A stretch of 59,957 nt of DNA from a virus (taxonomy: Duplodnaviria > Caudoviricetes), in the IMG/VR virus record IMGVR_UViG_3300017774_002371, positions 1 through 59,957 of that record, one strand, 5' to 3'. Of the stretch, positions 36,043-46,276 are shown piece by piece (the first letter of the stretch is position 1; every line of letters begins with the position of its first letter). The notes beneath the pieces were generated by a model, which searched no databases, had not been told where the DNA came from, and saw only the letters and a program-made list of their open reading frames with translations. The position numbers and the translations under genes are program-made.

Positions 36043-39000
36043 ATGCCGTATTCACACCTACCGTATCCAAGCAATCCCTCTCTGGAAGCCCTGAAGGTCA
36101 TCGCCACCGACAGGGTGATCTGGGTTTCCACCACGGGAAACGATGCAACAGGTGACGGCTCCGAGTCTAATCCGTATCTCACGCTAGACAAGGCAATGAC
36201 TGTTGCCCGCGAGTTCGTGATCACAGGAAAGGCTATACTGTACATCCGCCTGAAGCGGGGTGAGTATAACATCGTCAACAACATTGACCTGTACCACCCA
36301 CAGGGCAGCAACATAATCATTGAAGGCGATCCAGCGGCGTTTCAGCAGCGCGTCATCTGGCAGGTTGAGGGGTATTCGTGGAATCTTGAGCAGTGGGCGG
36401 GCGGCGGACACACTGCCACCATCCGTGTTTGGGATGGCTTGACCACGAATGCAAACGGACACACCCTGCACGGATTCAGCGCAGATCAAACGGGTATGTA
36501 CTTTGCGGTCACGAACGCAAACATTGCCAGCAGAAGCGGATACCGCAGCACTGCTCTAAGCAACAAGGGAGTTTACACCACACCAGCACTAAACGCGGGT
36601 GGATCGCATTCGTATATGCCGATGTTCAACGGCGACCGTTTCTTCAACCACGGATTTTCGTATGAAGACGCTCAGGGCATCATCGGAATCGGCAGAATCC
36701 ATGCAGCCACTGCCAGCGGTCAGACATTGGCGGTTCAGTTCAACAACCTGAACTACGACTGCCGCTGCCCTGGCTGGACATGGGGGGCTGGTAGTGGTGG
36801 CTTGAACAACACCATCAGTTGGGCAGGCATTCCGTCCAACTATCCTGAGCCGCAGTACTCGCAGCCAAACGGTTACTACGGAGATCCCACTTGGACTGCG
36901 GATGTAACGAACGATAATACGACATATCCAAGTAATCCGTCTGGCGTATCGCCCAACACGAACGATCCGTATGTGTTGTCCTTGTATCCTGTTGTGTTGC
37001 GCGGAGATCACAAAAACAATCGGGGAACACTATTCCTAAAGAACGGAACCATTCGCGCAATCCGAAATCTGATGTTTGCACCAGATGGTGTTCCATACAC
37101 TTCAGTAAACGGATACAATTATTCTGATGATGTTTCAACTCTTGGCTTGGGATTGACGCTCAACAGCACGCTGTCGCTTCAGTCAACCACCACGGTTCGT
37201 GACGGTTCGGGGGGAATTATTTCTGGAACAGGCTTGCAAATAGAGGATTCCACGGTAGGCATCCGCCATCTTGGTTTTCATGGAATCGGTCGTCCAATCA
37301 TTGCAAAGAACTCTCAGATTCGGTCGTTCTACGAGAACACCATTGATCCCGTGAACAACGGGGCAGGTTCTAATAGTGTGTATTTTGCACACGCAAGCAG
37401 CGGAGCAACACTAGACAACGCTCCCATACTGTATATCAATCAGTGTGAAGTTGGAATCGTGGCATACAACACCACACTGGATTTCGTGGACTCGTCTGGC
37501 TATGGTCAGGAGTATCAGCAGAACTTCAGGATGGAAGGCATCTATATCTCCACGCGGCGAAATGGCTTGCGTATGTTCAACAGTTCTCTTGCTGCCACTT
37601 CCATGTTCGTGAACAGCATTTCCGAAACTCCTGTTTGCTCATTGGTTTTCTTGTATCCCCTTTTCCCAGGCGCGACCATTTCAGGTGGTGCAAGTGCAGA
37701 CTTCAATGCATACACCAGTCCTTCCATTTATCCGTATCGCTATCCTGTGATGAAGGCGTTCATGGAACTTCCCGATGGTCAGGGTGCAAGGGAAATTGGT
37801 TATCTAAATTCGTATGTCCAGAGTTCGAGTGTTTCTGCGTCGGATATTTCTGGATTGACGGTTGGAGCAAGTCTTGTTGGACCAGATGCTCCAACTGTTG
37901 GATCAGATACTCCAACTGGATACAGATATCTTTACACTAGTATGCTGAAACTCGCTCCATTCGGACTGAGTTTCTGGAACAGAGATGACATCAGAAACGG
38001 CATCACGGCAGGAGTGGGAGGCACATTCTCCGTACGATTCTATAAGGACATGGCTCTCTCTGGTGTCTGCGCCCAGTACATCATTGGCAAGAACTCCATA
38101 CTTATATCGGGTGCTAATGGATTCACTCGCGGATGGTCTGGCATGGGAACCGCAAACAGCATCGGTTCCTCCGCAGCAAACTGCATTATTCAATTCGGAA
38201 GTTACGGCGGACACTTTATTGAGAGTCAGGGAACATATGTCGCTTCTGCGATTTTTGCAACCGAAAATTCCACCATCAACATTCTGAAGAGTCTGTGGAT
38301 CAACAACGGTGGTCACAATGCTGTTGACATTCGCAAGAACTCACGGCTGAATGTTGGTGACACTCACGCCATCTATACTGGACAGCATGACACATCTGCT
38401 TCGGGTGTGCTTGCGATTCCCAACGATACCAGATACATCAACGGAGCGTTGCTTGTGACTGGCTACGCGCAGTCTGCTGTTCGTATTGCGGAAAACAGCA
38501 GTGCAGTGATCGGAACCCTGTTCACGAAACACCCCATGCATAGTGATGGAATTGGTGCGCAAAACTATCCCAACGATACTGGAGCGGTCAGCAGTCCGTT
38601 GCAGAACTGCATCGGTGTATACGACAACTCGTCGGTCAAACTGGGGGCTGCTTTCTGCGTGGGACACATCGGAGGCAGTACCATACGGAACGGTGGGGAC
38701 GGACTCTTTACTACCATTCGCGGAACGAAAATCGGAAACCGCGTATCAAACACGGACATTGCTCTCCGAGACACATTCATTCATGTAGATCGCGGAAGTC
38801 AGTTCATTCTGCGTTCTTGGAGAGTAGGCGGATATGGTCCTGGTGGATCTTTTATGATGGATGGCGGAACAGGAGCCACACTGGGTCTTGATTACAATAC
38901 CACTAATCCAGAGGTCACGGTGTTCAATGTCGGAAGCGGATCTCATGCAGTGGTGGAAAATGTAAATGCCCTCGGCACGACAGCAGCACAGACAGTTACT

Positions 39001-39300
39001 GGCATCAGATTCTTCCAAGACCGCAGAAGCAGCCGAGATCGCAAGATTTTGACGCGAGATACGTTCTCTGCTCCTATGACAGGACTCGATAGAATTATAT
39101 ATGGAAGTCCTGCTAATTCTCGCATCTGGATGAACGAAACCAATCCCTCAACTTATGGATTTATCCAACAAGGAATAAATATCGGAACAGAAGGCTCAGG
39201 CGGATCTCAGTTCAGCCCCGCAGCCACGTCTCCCAATCTTGGATGCACTCTCCATGCCCATGTGGAGTTCGCGCGCGGCGGTTCCATAAGCACACGATAA
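36043..39300 (+). CDS. Putative tailspike or beta-helix virion protein
   Basis: N-terminal IWVSTTGNDATGDGSESNPYLTLDKA (a cap motif typical of right-handed beta-helix proteins), followed by repeated A..A.ENS.I-type coils. Confidence 0.65.
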   Translation: MPYSHLPYPSNPSLEALKVIATDRVIWVSTTGNDATGDGSESNPYLTLDKAMTVAREFVITGKAILYIRLKRGEYNIVNNIDLYHPQGSNIIIEGDPAAFQQRVIWQVEGYSWNLEQWAGGGHTATIRVWDGLTTNANGHTLHGFSADQTGMYFAVTNANIASRSGYRSTALSNKGVYTTPALNAGGSHSYMPMFNGDRFFNHGFSYEDAQGIIGIGRIHAATASGQTLAVQFNNLNYDCRCPGWTWGAGSGGLNNTISWAGIPSNYPEPQYSQPNGYYGDPTWTADVTNDNTTYPSNPSGVSPNTNDPYVLSLYPVVLRGDHKNNRGTLFLKNGTIRAIRNLMFAPDGVPYTSVNGYNYSDDVSTLGLGLTLNSTLSLQSTTTVRDGSGGIISGTGLQIEDSTVGIRHLGFHGIGRPIIAKNSQIRSFYENTIDPVNNGAGSNSVYFAHASSGATLDNAPILYINQCEVGIVAYNTTLDFVDSSGYGQEYQQNFRMEGIYISTRRNGLRMFNSSLAATSMFVNSISETPVCSLVFLYPLFPGATISGGASADFNAYTSPSIYPYRYPVMKAFMELPDGQGAREIGYLNSYVQSSSVSASDISGLTVGASLVGPDAPTVGSDTPTGYRYLYTSMLKLAPFGLSFWNRDDIRNGITAGVGGTFSVRFYKDMALSGVCAQYIIGKNSILISGANGFTRGWSGMGTANSIGSSAANCIIQFGSYGGHFIESQGTYVASAIFATENSTINILKSLWINNGGHNAVDIRKNSRLNVGDTHAIYTGQHDTSASGVLAIPNDTRYINGALLVTGYAQSAVRIAENSSAVIGTLFTKHPMHSDGIGAQNYPNDTGAVSSPLQNCIGVYDNSSVKLGAAFCVGHIGGSTIRNGGDGLFTTIRGTKIGNRVSNTDIALRDTFIHVDRGSQFILRSWRVGGYGPGGSFMMDGGTGATLGLDYNTTNPEVTVFNVGSGSHAVVENVNALGTTAAQTVTGIRFFQDRRSSRDRKILTRDTFSAPMTGLDRIIYGSPANSRIWMNETNPSTYGFIQQGINIGTEGSGGSQFSPAATSPNLGCTLHAHVEFARGGSISTR

Positions 39301-39312
39301 CGGAAAGTACAC

Positions 39313-41175
39313 ATGAATCGCAAACTCATAGTCACAAACGGCAGCGGTGAAGTGGTTCGCATAGAGAACAATTACGATTCGTCAAACTTTGTTCCTTCGT
39401 CCATCGGTGGCGGAACCCCTCTCATTGTTGACGCTTCAATAAATCCCCCCACCGTAGACATCACGGAAACCGTAATCAATACCGATGATAACGGATTTCC
39501 CACAGGAACTACCACTACGCTGACAACTCCCGTCAGCATCTCTCCCGCCACAGAGCAGATTCTCACTGGCAGCATCGTGGGACAGTTCAAGATCGGTGAG
39601 CAGATGGTGCAGTCGCAGTTCATTCCTGTTTTGGTGAATGGACTTGCGCTGTTTGGATCCACCGCCGCAGAGTATCTTCCCACCATCGGAAGCATTGGTG
39701 CATCTGGAGCCGATCTCGGCAATCGCGCCTTGCAGTTCAAGGGATCGTACCTTGACACCGACACAAAAGCAGCAGGTGTGCGGTTGCCGTCTTTCTCAAC
39801 CACATCGTTCCCGTACTTCACCGCATCAGGATTTCTTTACTTTCAGACAGAACCAAGCAATAACTACGATCCAATCCTAGTCACGCGAAGTGCGGACGGC
39901 GTGAATGCCAGCACGAACGACTCGTTCCGCTTGGAATACGATACAAGCAGCAATCAGTTGCAGTTCCACTACTCCACCGCCAGTTACGCCAGTTCGGGTT
40001 ATGAAAATATTCTGAATGTGAGTCCTGCGAACGGAGTGACGGCGAACCAGTGGCATCAGTTTGCTATTGCTTATTCCAATCAGGGTGGCTCTGCTGCAAT
40101 CGTCTCGTATTGGAACGGAAACCGTCATGCACAGGCTACGGGTCTGTCGGGAAACATCAGAAACAGCACCGCCGCCTTCATGGTTGGCAGTGGCGTGTCT
40201 GGAGACAAGCCCTTGAAGGGCTGGCTTGAGCATCTGATGATCAGTGCTGGTGGAGTGAGTCTTGCGCTTCGTGAGTTCACGCACGGACTCACGGCTCCTG
40301 TTTCCATAAATCAGTTTGCTGGCGACTATACCGTATATGCCATGAGCATGAACGGACCGCTCGGCAGCAATCTTTTCCCTGTTATAAACGGAAACCGCGT
40401 TATTTCTACGCACACATGGACAGAGCGCACCAATCCGCGAATCGGTGCAGGAAACATCGTGCGTGAGGAGTTGGCTGTTGGTGGAACATCTGGAATGTTC
40501 GTTGGAGTCTGCGGCGGTCACACAGTTTCTGGTGGCAGTGCAGGATACCTGTTTGGCTACGACAGCGGGGCTTGCATGGTCATTACTGCGGTTCAGGATC
40601 TGAACGGAGTCACCGCAGCCAGACAGATCAAGCAGGCACTTTCGGATTTCTCCGTGCAGTACCTTCTTGGATCAACAACGATGAACGGAGTTTCAGGAGG
40701 CTCTGGAGATTTCCAAAGACTGCTGGCTGTTGGACAGGTGGGGTTCTGTGGTGACAGATTCTCGTTCTTGCCCATAGATTCTAATGTTGCTTCGCTGAAG
40801 ACCATATACGACAACATCACCATAAACGGAAGCAGTGCAAGTTATTCCATAGCCGATTATAATGGAACGATCTACACATTCGCAAGTGGTGGTGTCAAGG
40901 CACTGTATCAGGATGTGGTGGAGTACCGAACCACCACACAGACGGTGTTTGGATCGGTAAAGACCGCAATATCCACGCAGACATCTTTGGAAAATGTTCG
41001 TAAGATAGGTGGTGTTTCTGCTGAAGGAACTGTTGCTAAGATTGCTTCAGCAATCGCTGACAATGGCTTCCTGCTATTGAGCGGAAAGGCAAAAGCCACA
41101 AAGAAAACCAACACTCCAGAACAGCAGAACAAGCCAAAAAATATCCCACAGGCGTATCTACCCCTTGATGATTGA
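39313..41175 (+). CDS. Virion structural protein with a LamG-like domain
   Basis: GNRALQFKG, FRLEY, NQWHQFAI, YWNG and FMVGSG...LKGWLEHLMIS. Confidence 0.65.
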   Translation: MNRKLIVTNGSGEVVRIENNYDSSNFVPSSIGGGTPLIVDASINPPTVDITETVINTDDNGFPTGTTTTLTTPVSISPATEQILTGSIVGQFKIGEQMVQSQFIPVLVNGLALFGSTAAEYLPTIGSIGASGADLGNRALQFKGSYLDTDTKAAGVRLPSFSTTSFPYFTASGFLYFQTEPSNNYDPILVTRSADGVNASTNDSFRLEYDTSSNQLQFHYSTASYASSGYENILNVSPANGVTANQWHQFAIAYSNQGGSAAIVSYWNGNRHAQATGLSGNIRNSTAAFMVGSGVSGDKPLKGWLEHLMISAGGVSLALREFTHGLTAPVSINQFAGDYTVYAMSMNGPLGSNLFPVINGNRVISTHTWTERTNPRIGAGNIVREELAVGGTSGMFVGVCGGHTVSGGSAGYLFGYDSGACMVITAVQDLNGVTAARQIKQALSDFSVQYLLGSTTMNGVSGGSGDFQRLLAVGQVGFCGDRFSFLPIDSNVASLKTIYDNITINGSSASYSIADYNGTIYTFASGGVKALYQDVVEYRTTTQTVFGSVKTAISTQTSLENVRKIGGVSAEGTVAKIASAIADNGFLLLSGKAKATKKTNTPEQQNKPKNIPQAYLPLDD

Positions 41176-41190
41176 TGAGGAGTGAAATTA

Positions 41191-41454
41191 ATGAGACTCG
41201 TACACTATGGAACAGATGGCGACATCACCGTAAACGATCACTCCTATCGTTTCTGTGATTTTTTCAAACTAGAGCCTCACTACGCAGCACCCTATGGGTT
41301 TCCAACGCGGGTGTACGAGCGGGGAGTACAGCACTTCATCACCAATGGACACACGATGGTGCATCTGCCCCTCATTGATCCTGAATGCGACCGCATATGC
41401 AACCGAGAGGGTGAACTGGCACGACTGGTTGTCATGCTTCGCGCAGAAGAGTAA
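41191..41454 (+). CDS. Hypothetical protein
   Basis: GAGGAG SD is 8 nt upstream of the ATG at 41191. The ORF fills the gap before gp13. Confidence 0.6.
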   Translation: MRLVHYGTDGDITVNDHSYRFCDFFKLEPHYAAPYGFPTRVYERGVQHFITNGHTMVHLPLIDPECDRICNREGELARLVVMLRAEE

Positions 41455-41467
41455 CTTGCGGGTCTTC

Positions 41468-41473
41468 TAAATA
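41468..41473 (+). promoter_or_regulatory. Late promoter TAAATA upstream of gp13
   Basis: Intergenic CTAAATA followed by an AAGGAG SD. Confidence 0.65.
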
Positions 41474-41489
41474 CTCCAAAGGAGACACG

Positions 41490-42254
41490 ATGGCGAAGCC
41501 TACCACACGACAAGAGTTCAAGGAATACTGCCTCCGCGCTCTCGGTGCGCCTGTCATAGAGATCAATGTGGATGACTCCCAAGTGGAAGACCGCATTGAT
41601 CAGGCTATTCAGTACTTCAACGACTGGAACTCGCTTGGTATGCAGCGTCAGTACTGGAAGTATCAGATCACGCAGCAGGACATCAACAACCAGTACATTG
41701 ACACGAACTCCCTTGATCCGAACGGACCGCAGATTGCAAACATCACGCGAGTGTTTCAGATCGGCTTCAACTTACAGATCAACAACATCTTCAATATTCG
41801 CTATCAGATGGCACTGACGGACTTCTACGGACTCCGCACAGGCAACATGAACATGAACTACTATGTGTCCACGATGCAGTACATTGAGATGTTGCAGCAA
41901 CTGCTTGACCCCGAGAAGCAGATTCGCTTCAACAAGTACAAGAACAAGTTGCAGATAGACATGAACTGGACGGATTTTGCGCCTGGTCAGTTTGTTCTTG
42001 TTGAAGGATTTGCTATAGTTGATCCTGCGGAGTACAGCGAGGCGTGGAACGATCCCATGCTGAAGAAATACGCCACCGCCCTAATCAAGCAGCAGTGGGG
42101 TGCAAACCTGTCCAAGTTTGAAGGCATTCCCATGCCAGGCAACATCACATTCAACGGTCAGCGTCTGTATGAGGAAGCCACCACAGCAATACAGTCCATC
42201 GAAGAGGAAGTGCTGCTGAAGTACCAAGAACCACCTGACTTCATCACGGGATAA
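41490..42254 (+). CDS. gp13: Neck protein
   Basis: MAKPTTRQEFKEYCLRALGAPVIEINVDDSQVEDRID.A.QYF and LKKYATALIKQQWGANLSKF. Confidence 0.96.
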   Translation: MAKPTTRQEFKEYCLRALGAPVIEINVDDSQVEDRIDQAIQYFNDWNSLGMQRQYWKYQITQQDINNQYIDTNSLDPNGPQIANITRVFQIGFNLQINNIFNIRYQMALTDFYGLRTGNMNMNYYVSTMQYIEMLQQLLDPEKQIRFNKYKNKLQIDMNWTDFAPGQFVLVEGFAIVDPAEYSEAWNDPMLKKYATALIKQQWGANLSKFEGIPMPGNITFNGQRLYEEATTAIQSIEEEVLLKYQEPPDFITG

Positions 42255-42256
42255 CC

Positions 42257-43141
42257 ATGACAGTCAATCCGTATTTTCGCAGGAACAAGAAAGGTGAGCA
42301 GTCGCTCATCGAATCACTCACGACCGAGGCGATCAAGATCCACGGTCACGAGATGGTGTACCTTCCACGCGAGAAGGTGACGGAAGACATGATTCTCGGA
42401 GAAGAGGTGTCTGAGTTCTTGGATGCGAATCGCATAGAGATGTACCTTGAGAATGCCGAAGGGTTTGAAGGCGATTCAGAAATGTCGCGGTTCGGTCTTG
42501 ATGTAAAGGACACCGCAGTGTTCATCGTATCCCGAAAGCGGTTCATGGATGTGATGGGACACCATCCCGAAATACAGAAGAACGGTCGTCCGCGTGAAGG
42601 GGACATTATATTCTTTGACTACCCGTACTCCATGATGGAAATCAAGTTTGTGAAGCACGACAACCCGTTCTATCCAGGCGGTGATCGGTATTCGTTTAAA
42701 CTTTCTTGTGAAGCCTTCAAGTACTCCAATGAGAAGATTGACACTGGCGAGTCCGAACTGGATGCGGTAATGAACATTGCATCGGATTATCTCGTTGGTA
42801 TTACTCTTGGAAGTGGTTCTGGAACCTATACTCTCGGAGAAGAGGTGTACGCGGGAAGCGTAGTAGACAAACACGCCTATGGACGGGTCAATGACTATAC
42901 TGTTCCCGTGGTTGGATCAAAGTCTGCGCGAGTGAATATGCAAGAGGGAACATTTGAGGTGGGCGACATTCTTGTCGGACTTGTCAGCGGTGCATCATAC
43001 GCAATTGCTGGTATCTACGAAACTACGATTCGTGCAAACCACCAAGATCAGCAGGACAACGAGAGTCTTGAACTGGAACAGCGGCGCGACAACATCTTTG
43101 ACTTTACTGAAAATGATCCGTTCTCGGAGGGTGAATACTGA
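42257..43141 (+). CDS. gp14: Neck protein
   Basis: NPYF...EQSLIESL..EAIKIHG..M.YLPR, RPREGDIIF, FVKHDNPFY and FDFTENDPFSE. Confidence 0.95.
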   Translation: MTVNPYFRRNKKGEQSLIESLTTEAIKIHGHEMVYLPREKVTEDMILGEEVSEFLDANRIEMYLENAEGFEGDSEMSRFGLDVKDTAVFIVSRKRFMDVMGHHPEIQKNGRPREGDIIFFDYPYSMMEIKFVKHDNPFYPGGDRYSFKLSCEAFKYSNEKIDTGESELDAVMNIASDYLVGITLGSGSGTYTLGEEVYAGSVVDKHAYGRVNDYTVPVVGSKSARVNMQEGTFEVGDILVGLVSGASYAIAGIYETTIRANHQDQQDNESLELEQRRDNIFDFTENDPFSEGEY

Positions 43142-44010
43142 TGTTCACGAACTTCTACAACGGCTCCATTCGGCGCATGGTGGTTGCTTTCGGCTCCCTG
43201 TTCAATCAGATTTACATTGACAAGGCAGAGAGCAGCGGAACCAAAACGATGCTTGTACCCATTTCGTATGCTCCCAAAGAGAAGTACAAGGTGCGCCTCG
43301 CGGGTGATCCATCATTCACCAATCCCAATCAGATAGTCCTGCCGCGCATGGCTTTTGAGATCACTGGATATGTCTACGATTCTGCCCGCAAGCGCAACAG
43401 CCTGAACCGCCATGTGGTTCGTCCAAGCACCAACAATCCAAGCGGAGTGGACTACACATTCGCGGAAGTTCCGTACAACATTGACTTTGCTCTGTACATC
43501 TATGTGCGAAACATGGAAGATGGATTGCGTATCGTGGAGCAGATACTGCCGTTCTTTGCGCCAGAGTTCGTTGTCTCGGTGAACTTTGACGATATCAACC
43601 GCAAGGTGGATGTTCCCATCTATCTGAACTCGGTTTCATCGGAAGAGGACTACGAGGGCGACTTTGAGACACGCCGCTCCATTATCTTCACCCTGAACTT
43701 CACGATGAAGACCTACCTGTTCGGGGCAAAGAAAAACTACAAGGAGATTCGCGTGGTTCAGGCGGGTCTGTGGAATGCGGATGTGTTCGGAGACAGTTTT
43801 GTCGGGGGTGTCACCTATCTGCCTGGCAACACTACGGACACCCCAAACTATCTCAGCGTGATCACTGGCATCAGCGGTCCGAGCGGTGCAAGTTCCAACG
43901 CGAACATTTACGATCCGTATGCAAAGGTGTATCAGCCGCAGAGCGGTGGCGGTACAACATATGCAACTGGCATGGCTTCGGGAGGCGTAACCGTAGATTG
44001 GAATCTTTGA
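43141..44010 (+). CDS. gp15: Tail sheath stabiliser / tail terminator
   Basis: FYNGSIRRMVVAFGSLFN, VPISYAPKEK, LPRMAFE, VPYN and IVEQILPFF.PEF. Confidence 0.95.
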   Translation: MFTNFYNGSIRRMVVAFGSLFNQIYIDKAESSGTKTMLVPISYAPKEKYKVRLAGDPSFTNPNQIVLPRMAFEITGYVYDSARKRNSLNRHVVRPSTNNPSGVDYTFAEVPYNIDFALYIYVRNMEDGLRIVEQILPFFAPEFVVSVNFDDINRKVDVPIYLNSVSSEEDYEGDFETRRSIIFTLNFTMKTYLFGAKKNYKEIRVVQAGLWNADVFGDSFVGGVTYLPGNTTDTPNYLSVITGISGPSGASSNANIYDPYAKVYQPQSGGGTTYATGMASGGVTVDWNL

Positions 44011-44020
44011 AAGGTAGACC

Positions 44021-44530
44021 ATGAGTGGATTTGACAATATTGAAAAGGCACTTGGCGTGGAGCCAAGCAAGCCCCTCACTGGCGAGGGTATTCCTCAAAA
44101 CGCAATCGTTGCAAAGGTTGACCCCGTTCCGCTCACGGACGAGCGACTTGAGAAAGACCTCAAGACCGACTATCAGTTGGTGCGCGACAACCTGAAGGAA
44201 CTTGTTGACATGGGCAAGAACGCCCTTGACGGCGTGATTCAGGTGGCACAGGAAGGCGACTCGCCCCGTGCCTACGAGGTTGTGGCACAGATGATCAAGA
44301 CCCTTTCCGAAACCAATCGGGAACTCATGGACTTGCACAACCGCGTGAAGACCATTCGCAAGGTGGATCAGAGCGTCACAAACAATAACAGCACCACGAA
44401 TCAGTCCATCTATGTGGGTTCCACAAAGGAACTTCAGGACATCATCAACTCTGCTCGCTCTTCTACCAAGGCGTTTGACAATCGCCCCGATGTTCGTGAT
44501 GTAATCCAAGGTGACAAGAACAATGAGTAA
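44021..44530 (+). CDS. gp16: Terminase small subunit
   Basis: DYQLVRDNL..L...G..AL......A.E.DSPRAYEV...IK and N..IYVGSTKELQ. Confidence 0.93.
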   Translation: MSGFDNIEKALGVEPSKPLTGEGIPQNAIVAKVDPVPLTDERLEKDLKTDYQLVRDNLKELVDMGKNALDGVIQVAQEGDSPRAYEVVAQMIKTLSETNRELMDLHNRVKTIRKVDQSVTNNNSTTNQSIYVGSTKELQDIINSARSSTKAFDNRPDVRDVIQGDKNNE

Positions 44531-46193
44531 GAAAAGCACGAAGTATCTCGGAAACTCAAACCTCAAGGCAGCGGGAGTCAATGTAAACTTCTCGCCCGAG
44601 CAGATTGAAGAGTATGTGAAATGCTCCCAAGATCCGCTGTATTTCATCAAGAACTATGTGAAGATCGTGTCCCTTGACAAGGGCTTGGTGCCGTTTGAGC
44701 CGTATGACTATCAGGAGAACATGATCCGCACCATTCACGAAAACCGCTTCGTGATCGGCAAACTGCCCCGTCAGACAGGTAAATCCACCACGATCATCGC
44801 GTATCTGCTCCACTATGTGCTGTTTAATCAGAGCATGAGCGTGGCGATTCTTGCAAACAAGTTGACCACGGCACGCGAACTGCTTGGGCGTTTGCAGTTG
44901 GCATACGAGTACCTGCCCATGTGGTTGCAGCAGGGCGTGGTGGAGTGGAACAAGGGATCAATCGTACTAGAGAACGGCTCTAAGATTCTTGCATCAGCCA
45001 CATCATCGTCTGCGGTGCGTGGTGGATCGTTCAACTACATCTTCCTTGACGAGTTTGCGTATGTGCCGCAGAATGTCGCAGAAGAGTTCTTCTCGTCTGT
45101 GTATCCCACAATTACAAGCGGTCAAAGCACAAAGGTCACGATCATCTCCACGCCCAAGGGCTTGAATATGTTCTACCGCTTTTGGGTGAACGCGAACAAG
45201 AAGCCTGGCGAAGAGGGCAAGAACGAGTATGTGCCGATGGAGGTGCATTGGAGCGATGTGCCTGGTCGTGACGACAAGTGGAAAGCACAGACCATTGCCA
45301 ACACCAGCGAAGAGCAGTTCCGCACCGAGTTTGAGTGCGAGTTTCTTGGCTCCATGCACACCCTTGTGCATCCCGAAAAACTCAAGTGCATGGTGTACCG
45401 AACTCCTGAATACTGGAACGGTGAAGGGCTGCGGGTATATCAGAAGCCCATTCCCGATCACAAATACATCACCATCGTGGACACGGCGCGGGGACAGGGA
45501 CTTGACTACCACGCCTATTCCGTGATTGATGTGTCTGCCATGCCGTATCGGGTGGTGGCAACATTTCGCAACAACGAAATGCCGCCCATGTTGTATCCCA
45601 ATGCCATCTACCCCATCTTGCGGCAATACAACAATGCGTACTGCCTGATTGAAGTAAACGATATCGGTGGTCAAGTTGCAGACATCTTGCATGATGAACT
45701 TGAATACGACAATGTGATCTATGTGTCCATGCAGGGGCGCAAAGGACAGGTGGTGAACGGCGGCTTCGGCAGCAAGGGATCGTCCATGAAGGGGGTAAAG
45801 ACCTCCACGGCGGTGAAGCGCATCGGCTGCTCTATTTTGAAAAATCTGGTTGAAGACACCAAACTCATCGTGGAGGACTTCAACACCGTGGACGAGTTCT
45901 GCTCGTTCGTGGCTAAAGGCGACTCCTTTGAGGCAGAAGACAACCACCACGATGACTTGGTGATGACTCTGGTGCTGTTTGGATGGCTCACTACGCAGGC
46001 ATATTTCAAACAGATCACAGGCAGCGATATCAGAAAAGACCTGTACGAGGATCAAATGAAGGTATTGGAAGAGGAAATGACACCGTTTGGTTTTGTGGAG
46101 GACGGCAGTCCAAGCAACACATTCACGGATGGAAGCGGAACCTCTTGGCGGCTAGGAGCAGGGGAAAACCTAGATATGGGGTGGAGTTTCTGA
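44523..46193 (+). CDS. gp17: Terminase large subunit
   Basis: YLGNSNLK, Walker A PRQTGKST, Walker B IFLDEFA, ISTPKG, and nuclease motifs VDTARG and HDDLVM. Confidence 0.98.
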   Translation: MSKKSTKYLGNSNLKAAGVNVNFSPEQIEEYVKCSQDPLYFIKNYVKIVSLDKGLVPFEPYDYQENMIRTIHENRFVIGKLPRQTGKSTTIIAYLLHYVLFNQSMSVAILANKLTTARELLGRLQLAYEYLPMWLQQGVVEWNKGSIVLENGSKILASATSSSAVRGGSFNYIFLDEFAYVPQNVAEEFFSSVYPTITSGQSTKVTIISTPKGLNMFYRFWVNANKKPGEEGKNEYVPMEVHWSDVPGRDDKWKAQTIANTSEEQFRTEFECEFLGSMHTLVHPEKLKCMVYRTPEYWNGEGLRVYQKPIPDHKYITIVDTARGQGLDYHAYSVIDVSAMPYRVVATFRNNEMPPMLYPNAIYPILRQYNNAYCLIEVNDIGGQVADILHDELEYDNVIYVSMQGRKGQVVNGGFGSKGSSMKGVKTSTAVKRIGCSILKNLVEDTKLIVEDFNTVDEFCSFVAKGDSFEAEDNHHDDLVMTLVLFGWLTTQAYFKQITGSDIRKDLYEDQMKVLEEEMTPFGFVEDGSPSNTFTDGSGTSWRLGAGENLDMGWSF

Positions 46194-46219
46194 CCCACTT
46201 CGTGAACCCTTCAAAATAA

Positions 46220-46225
46220 TACATA
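46220..46225 (+). promoter_or_regulatory. Candidate late promoter variant TACATA upstream of gp18
   Basis: Intergenic, followed by a leader hairpin (AGTCAA-AGAA-TTGACT, 46239-46254) and an AAGGAG SD. Confidence 0.5.
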
Positions 46226-46276
46226 CAAGCAGAAGCGCAGTCAAAGAATTGACTTCTTCACGAAGGAGAACTACAA

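Noticed and set aside
31566-41175. Diversity-generating retroelement or invertible tail-fibre cassette
   Set aside because: I saw no reverse transcriptase, invertase or near-identical template/variable repeat pair. A self dot-plot would be needed to exclude this fully.
45003-46055. 350-aa minus-strand ORF, and similar long antisense ORFs such as 18851..19825, 49185..49976 and 43871..44650
   Set aside because: They lie opposite well-conserved genes, have no recognisable motifs, and are expected from codon bias.
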